From Balanoglossus misakiensis (taxonomy: Eukaryota > Animalia > Hemichordata), in contig CM082592.2 in assembly GCA_040954595.2 (NCBI GenBank), forward strand, positions 4,976,735 to 5,040,734: a stretch of DNA of 64,000 nucleotides. Reading direction: 5' to 3'. The translations under genes were made by a program, and so were the position numbers. The notes beneath the pieces were generated by a model that saw only the letters and a program-made list of their open reading frames with translations, did not search any database and was not told where the DNA came from. Numbering within the stretch: the stretch's first letter is position 1; each line of letters opens with the position of its first letter. Below are positions 58,526-64,000 of the stretch, in pieces.

Positions 58526-61500
58526 TTACTGATGTCCCGACTCGTCGTCCATGGAATGTTCCTCTTGTTGCGACGTCTGAAGATTTTGCAATTCAAACTT
58601 TTCTGTTTCGCCTTGCATCACACTGGTCGAAACCTCGCCTCCTCGCGATGTCTCGTCCGCAGTTCTTTGGTGCACGCGATCATATTTCCGCACGACGGGT
58701 TCCCCCCGATCAGGTTTCACCAGAGCGGACGCCCTACTGATATCGTTAAATCCTGTAGAAGCGGTTTGGCCCACTCGCCTGCTTCGGAAATCTGAGGGCC
58801 GCAAGATGCTGCAAACAACCATAGTATCAAAACGAAGTTTAGTATTTGTGGTCAGTTTATGATTATCAACGCGAGTCGTGATCTTCAGAGGGAATTGCTG
58901 CAGTTTGCAGCCCCTCCATCTCCCCTGGACGATTTTTGGTTTTGCGGGGAGAGCGCCCTCTCCCCGCAAAACCAAAAATCGTCCAGGGGAGATGGAGGGG
59001 CTGCAAACTGCAGCAACAGAGGGAAGTACTCTGGAGGACAGAATGCAGTACATTGCAAAAAGCCAGTCTACAAGTATCACAGACAACATTTAGGGGAGAG
59101 CCATTTGATTTCGGGGGGGGGGGGAGAATTTGGGTATGTCGGCAATTTTTTCAGCATTTTTTTTCTATTGCTAGTCCTGCTTTTTTCTCAAGGCATTGCA
59201 GAAGACTTTTTTGTCTACCACACCGTCTGCCAGCATTGTTTCCCCAAAGTCCTCCATCCCCAGAGAATATAATTATGGTTCTCCCCTTAGTCATGACTGT
59301 CCAATATGTTTACCGCCACGTCGCAGTCCCCTGTTGTCAGTACAATTTCACAGACCCCCCCCCCCACGTGAATAATGAATATATCATACATACCCCATGA
59401 ACAGCGATTTCGTATTTTCCCGAAAGGTCTTGTTGAACACGACGATCAGAATCGGATTGTAGATGGTTGAGAACTTTGCGAACACAGAGGGCGCCGTCAG
59501 AGATTCCACCGACAGCGGTGGTTGGCCGCCGATGATCATAGCCCATAGTGACAAGGCAGAGTAGGGACTCCAGGCCAACAGAAACGCCACGGTCATCGCG
59601 ATCGCCACCTGTTGAAACAAAAGTAAAGCTGTCATATACCGATAAACACCGGGTTGAATCATAGAAACTGTACAAAGGGTCACATTAATCAAGGTAGACG
59701 CAAGTACATTTAATTTATGATTAGGTAGTTTGTCACTGAGCAAGCCAACGGGTCGTCTCGGTTTGTTATTGAAGTCTAAAATTCGAAGGCACGCAGGCAG
59801 ACAGACAGACAGACGAATGGACGGACTGACAGACAGACAGACAGACAGACAACAGATAAACAGACATACGTCGTTTTCAGCAGCTGCAATAACATTTTAC
59901 TTAACGCCTGAACATGCAGTTACATTTTCTCTGGTCTCATATTGTACCGATAGAGGAGACAAACCTGAATGACCTACTTTTGTTAGTCTCTTCTGTATTT
60001 TGTGTCTAAAATGATATGACTGCTGCGACGAGACTCCAACTTGCTTCCTTTGGACGCTTAACGTGCGAATGATGGCACCGTAACTTGTCACAATAATTGC
60101 CAGTGGAACAAAGAAGATGAACACGAACAAACAAACTGTGTAGCTGAGACCTTCGCTATCGTTGAGTACCCAGTCCAGTGTGCAGAATATACCACAAGGT
60201 TCCGGAACGTACCTGTAAATAATAATTAAATAAAGAATTATAATTAAACAAAGAATTATAATTTAAATTCGATAAAAATGGATTTTTCGGTGTTTTCTTC
60301 AATTTGAGTTTGACGTTGACCAGACCATTTAATCCAATAACAGTCTTTAAAACAACCGTGACGCAAAATCAGATGACAATGTAGTAAACGTTGGTTACTC
60401 ATAGCCTGATCAAAATCCCCTGGGGCAAGTTCATTATAGTAACCTTACAGCCTTGAACACCTACGAACGTACATGAAACGTGGCGTGTACACTCCTATGC
60501 GATTTCAGTTGCCATGGCAAGCGGAGAAGTGACGGCCGCGTGAAAGTGACGCGCCAAAGCGTGCGTCATTCAAAAAATTGGCCGTATATAATTCAAAAAA
60601 TTGAGTACACTTGTGCCCCAGAGGTGATTGCATCACTTACTAGTGGTCCCGCTGAGATTTATGATACACGTCTTCTACTGTCTCTCGACGCGTTTTATCC
60701 TCCGATAAATCAAATGTATGTATTTTGTATTTTTTTACGAGTCGGGTCAACCGTTATAGTATGTGTGTATCTGAAAGTCCGTAACTTAAACCATTCGTCA
60801 TATCCTACCTGTTCCAACCAATCAGCGGTGGAATGGCCCACAGCAATGAATATATCCAGACGAGAACCATGGATATCATTGTGTTTCTGTTATTAACATA
60901 TCTTCCTGTGAAGTTTTATAAAACGTGAACGTCGAGGAGTTAGTAATGTTTGAAATACATTTGTGAATTAGAGCAATTAGAACAACAACATTTTGTCTTT
61001 TTACACTTGGGCTGGTGTCTTTAGGACATTTAGCTGTAAGGCAGCAATATAGATAGCGATGTGTTAGAAATATTTAATCTCACTGTGCGATAGTTATATT
61101 GTATTTGTTGACCATGAGAAGACTTATAAAAATCTCTCCAAGATGATAAACTCGAGGGCCTTGTCTTGTGTTGAATCGCAAAAATATGTATACCAAAAGC
61201 CCCCCCCCCTCCGTGCGGTATACTGTAAAACTCTTTATTTTCGCGAGCAATACATTTTCGCCAAATACGCGAGAGCCAAAATAGCACGAAAATAAAAAGT
61301 CGCGTAAATTTTTTTTGAAGATAACGATGCAGTGAATGAAATAACAGAACGCGAAAATTAATACTCGCGAAACAGTGGCCTCTCTCGATATCGCGAAAAT
61401 TTCAACTCGCGAAAATAAAGTGTTTTACAGTATATTTGCCGACCGACACCGTCGCGTATTTCGAGAAATCCGCCATATTGTGAACCACCGCTGTGCTATA

Positions 61501-62125
61501 ATTACGCAGACACACGGCAACGTCGTGCGAAACTTACCATATGCCGCGGAACAGACTTTGATGTATCTAGAGACGGCCAATACAGCGAGGGTCACCATGC
61601 TGACGTAATTCAGAAACGAGGACAGGAAGCCATACGTCCGACAACCGATTTTGCCGAACATCCACTGAAACGAATAATATCAAATACACAAATTAAGGTA
61701 GTCGACTACTCAACATTTAGAATATTGTCATTTCCCTGATTTTTTATATATGTTGTATATCAATGAGATTTAAATACAAAAAGAAAAAAAGAAAACAAAT
61801 AAGAAAATGACAAAATTGTAACATTGTATTCTCAAAATTCTACGTGTAAGGTATGGGAAGGGACTAACCACTGCATCTAGGTAGTCGTCTACATTAAGAA
61901 CGTCAAACGGTATTATAGGGGAAGGTCATCGCGGTTGGATAATAATATAAAAAAAACCTACCTTATGGTTGAAACTGGAATAGATATGTAGTCCATGTCC
62001 GAGTAGAGGATACAGAAGGTCTGATATCGCCATATTTATCGTCAGTAAGTCAAAACTGTTCAGCGAACGACGATTTTTGAAATATACCAATAAGACTAGT
62101 CCATTTGCAAGGATCGAGAGTATAG
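58526..62125 (-). CDS. Opsin, neuropsin/Opn5-like (tetraopsin group); first coding exon not found in the window
   Basis: Exons 61962-62125, 61538-61664, 60809-60905, 59978-60212, 59394-59608, 58526-58808, all in frame. TM1-2 ANGLVLLVY...LLTINMAISDL; WMFGKIGC; EL2 YVPEPCGIFCTLDW (E181, C187, T188); KRLTK|VA and AWSPY resemble Opn5; retinal-binding Lys296 equivalent in FAKFSTIYNP. Confidence 0.9.
58895..59016. mobile_element. 122-bp perfect-hairpin MITE with a 9-bp TSD (Mutator-like TSD length) in the last opsin intron
   Basis: 59-bp perfect inverted arms (58895-58953 / 58958-59016) around a 4-nt loop CGCC. CAGAGGGAA is repeated at 58886-58894 and 59017-59025. Confidence 0.93.
59093..59286. 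mobile_element. 194-bp Harbinger-type MITE (TTA TSD) in the last opsin intron
   Basis: TTA|GGGGAGAGCCAT ... ATGGTTCTCCCC|TTA (12-bp TIR, 1 mismatch), with a subterminal G tract like the 50684 element. Confidence 0.72.
61223..61430. mobile_element. 208-bp MITE with a TA TSD (Tc1/mariner-pogo type) in an opsin intron
   Basis: TA|CTGTAAAACTCTTTATTTTCGCGAG ... CTCGCGAAAATAAAGTGTTTTACAG|TA (25-bp TIR, 1 mismatch); internal CGCGAAA motifs are repeated. Confidence 0.85.
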
Positions 62126-62897
62126 CTTTAAATATAAAAAAAGAATCAAGTTCGGATTAAAGCGACACGAGTTTTATGTTGGGGGCAGGGGGGAAGACGT
62201 CTACGATTAGATTCCATCCATGAATCTAGGCCTACTTCTGTCAATCCCGAATTTGCATGAGCGTATACACTGTATTCAAGTCTGGACATGAATGCGTTCA
62301 TAAACGATTATAATGATCCTAAATCCTAGGCCTAAAAAAATTGACGAGCAGAAAACTGGGTGTGATGAGCTGCTGTGCGGGGGTGAACACGAAAATATAT
62401 GTGATAAACAGAATAATATTCTGGGGGAAAAATAGCCAGACGTTACAGATATTGGCCCTTATGTGTCGTAGGAAATGGTCGCCTCAGGAAATCTTATATT
62501 TCGACTTGAACATTTTCTTAGCAACAAGAGCAGCCGGATTTGCGTCCAGTTCTGAACTATGAATAAGCGGGAAACGGTCAGTGACAAGGCGAAATGGGCT
62601 TCTTGATCTGATATTTAACGTCAGGCTATATACAAGCAGCGGCTAAGAGGTTTCTAGTCAAAGCACCGGAGGAGTAAAAAAACAACAACGGATCGCTTAG
62701 AAAATGACCCAACGGTGAAACGATCCCGTTTGGAACTTTGCCAGTGTAATAAAAGAACCATCGCGCACGTTGAACCAGAAACCCGTAATGGTGGTTTTCT
62801 TACTATACTGCAAATCATTAGGCCAAGCGCGCATTCGTGATTGCACATACATACATGGTGAATGAATTGCCATCGAGTTTCTCCGGCGGAACCTTAA

Positions 62898-63241
62898 AGG
62901 GACAAAGTCTCTCTCTCGCTGCCCTTTCCATTAATTATGTTTGATACACTGTTTATGTTATTCTACATGTGGATATATAGGGAATCAACGTTCGACAACA
63001 CACAACTTTCATCCCACTTGTATGATATGAGACTAAAAACTCGCCCAAAATGAATAAATGGTAAACACAGATTATTCATTTTGGCGAGTTTTTCACTCTC
63101 GTGTCTACAAGTGGGATGGAAGTTGTGTGTGGTTGAACATTGATTCACTTAATATATCCACATGTAGAATAACATAAAGAGTGTCTTGTATCAAACATAA
63201 TTCATGTAAAAAGGGCAGAGAGAGAGAGAGACTTTGTCCCT
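62898..63241. mobile_element. 344-bp fold-back MITE with a TTAA TSD and AGGG termini (Kolobok-like)
   Basis: TTAA|AGGGACAAAGTCTCTCTCT ... AGAGAGAGACTTTGTCCCT|TTAA. Imperfect inverted arms extend about 160 bp towards a short central spacer near 63059-63072. Confidence 0.85.
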
Positions 63242-64000
63242 TTAACTGAATAGCGCAAAAGGGTACTTTTATCAAGGCGGCAGGTGAAGCGGTGGGGACA
63301 ACGGACAAATTGGCTGATTCACATCCTATATGATTGAGGGATAAATGCAACATCGTTATCCGCATAGACCTCTATAGCAATTGCCCGTTCTATAAAGCAC
63401 ATCTGCGTCGCGACTTCCTTCCCTGTTAATCAGGTATTAAATGAATACCGTTCACCATCGAAATTTCATGACACTGAAGAAGTTACTGATGCCTGTCTCT
63501 CTCTCTCTCAATGCGTGGCGCGTGAGCTAGCCCGTTCAGCTAACGTTTTGGAATGTTTAAGGACTTGCAATCAGTAAAATTGAAAATATCGTCATAGATT
63601 TTTGGTTTCCCATTTGTAGGCATAATAAAAATATGTAATAAAATGAGTACATATGTGGAGGTGGTGAAAAGCAACCGTGCCTTATGGGGGCTATGACAGC
63701 AGTCTCAGACGGGACTATACCCCTCTTCACTATAGTATGAAAATGACATTTGCTATGACGTTACATGAAATTTGTGGATGGAAAACTGCTCGAAAACTTT
63801 AACAAAGGTTTGGATTATTTCTTAAAAATGTCGTCGAAATGTTGGTGATTTAGAAAAGAGGCGAGGCGCGTATGTCATTGCAATGTTTTTGTAAAATTGA
63901 CCTATAATTTCTGTGTTTAATTGCGGTTGTCCAAATTGAAATACTCAATGATGATTGGTTGGCGTGCGGCGGAGTCAAGATGATGAAAGGGGGAATATTC

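Noticed and set aside
59313-59341. CACGTCGCAGTCCCCTGTTGTCAG resembles part of the CPEB3 HDV-like ribozyme
   Set aside because: I could not form P1, P2, P3 or P4 with the flanking sequence, so this is most likely chance.
62126-64000. Search for the first opsin coding exon
   Set aside because: No phase-1 donor preceded by an open, TM1-like frame was found; the exon probably lies beyond the window.

Overview
Animal genomic DNA with spliceosomal introns, most likely an invertebrate deuterostome such as a hemichordate or echinoderm (inferred from gene content, not proven). All exon models were built by hand from GT-AG boundaries and checked for frame continuity. In order, the window holds: the last exon of an acidic, probably tail-anchored protein (91-564); a 6-exon, 491-aa gene whose C-terminal part looks like only the TM3-TM6 segment of an anoctamin/TMEM16 (1565-3887; the most unusual feature); an initiator tRNA-Met (4137-4208); a head-to-head cluster of five intact matrix metalloproteinases, two GPI-type MMP17/25-like genes on the - strand and three secreted MMP19/28-like genes on the + strand; a full TRAF4 orthologue (43343-56558); and a convergent, 5'-incomplete neuropsin/Opn5-like opsin with non-canonical SRY and NPILI motifs (58526-62125). 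Introns carry many MITEs with clear terminal inverted repeats and target-site duplications (TTA, TA, TTAA, 8 bp, 9 bp), plus microsatellites. Family assignments rest on recognised motifs and remembered exon structures, not on database searches.
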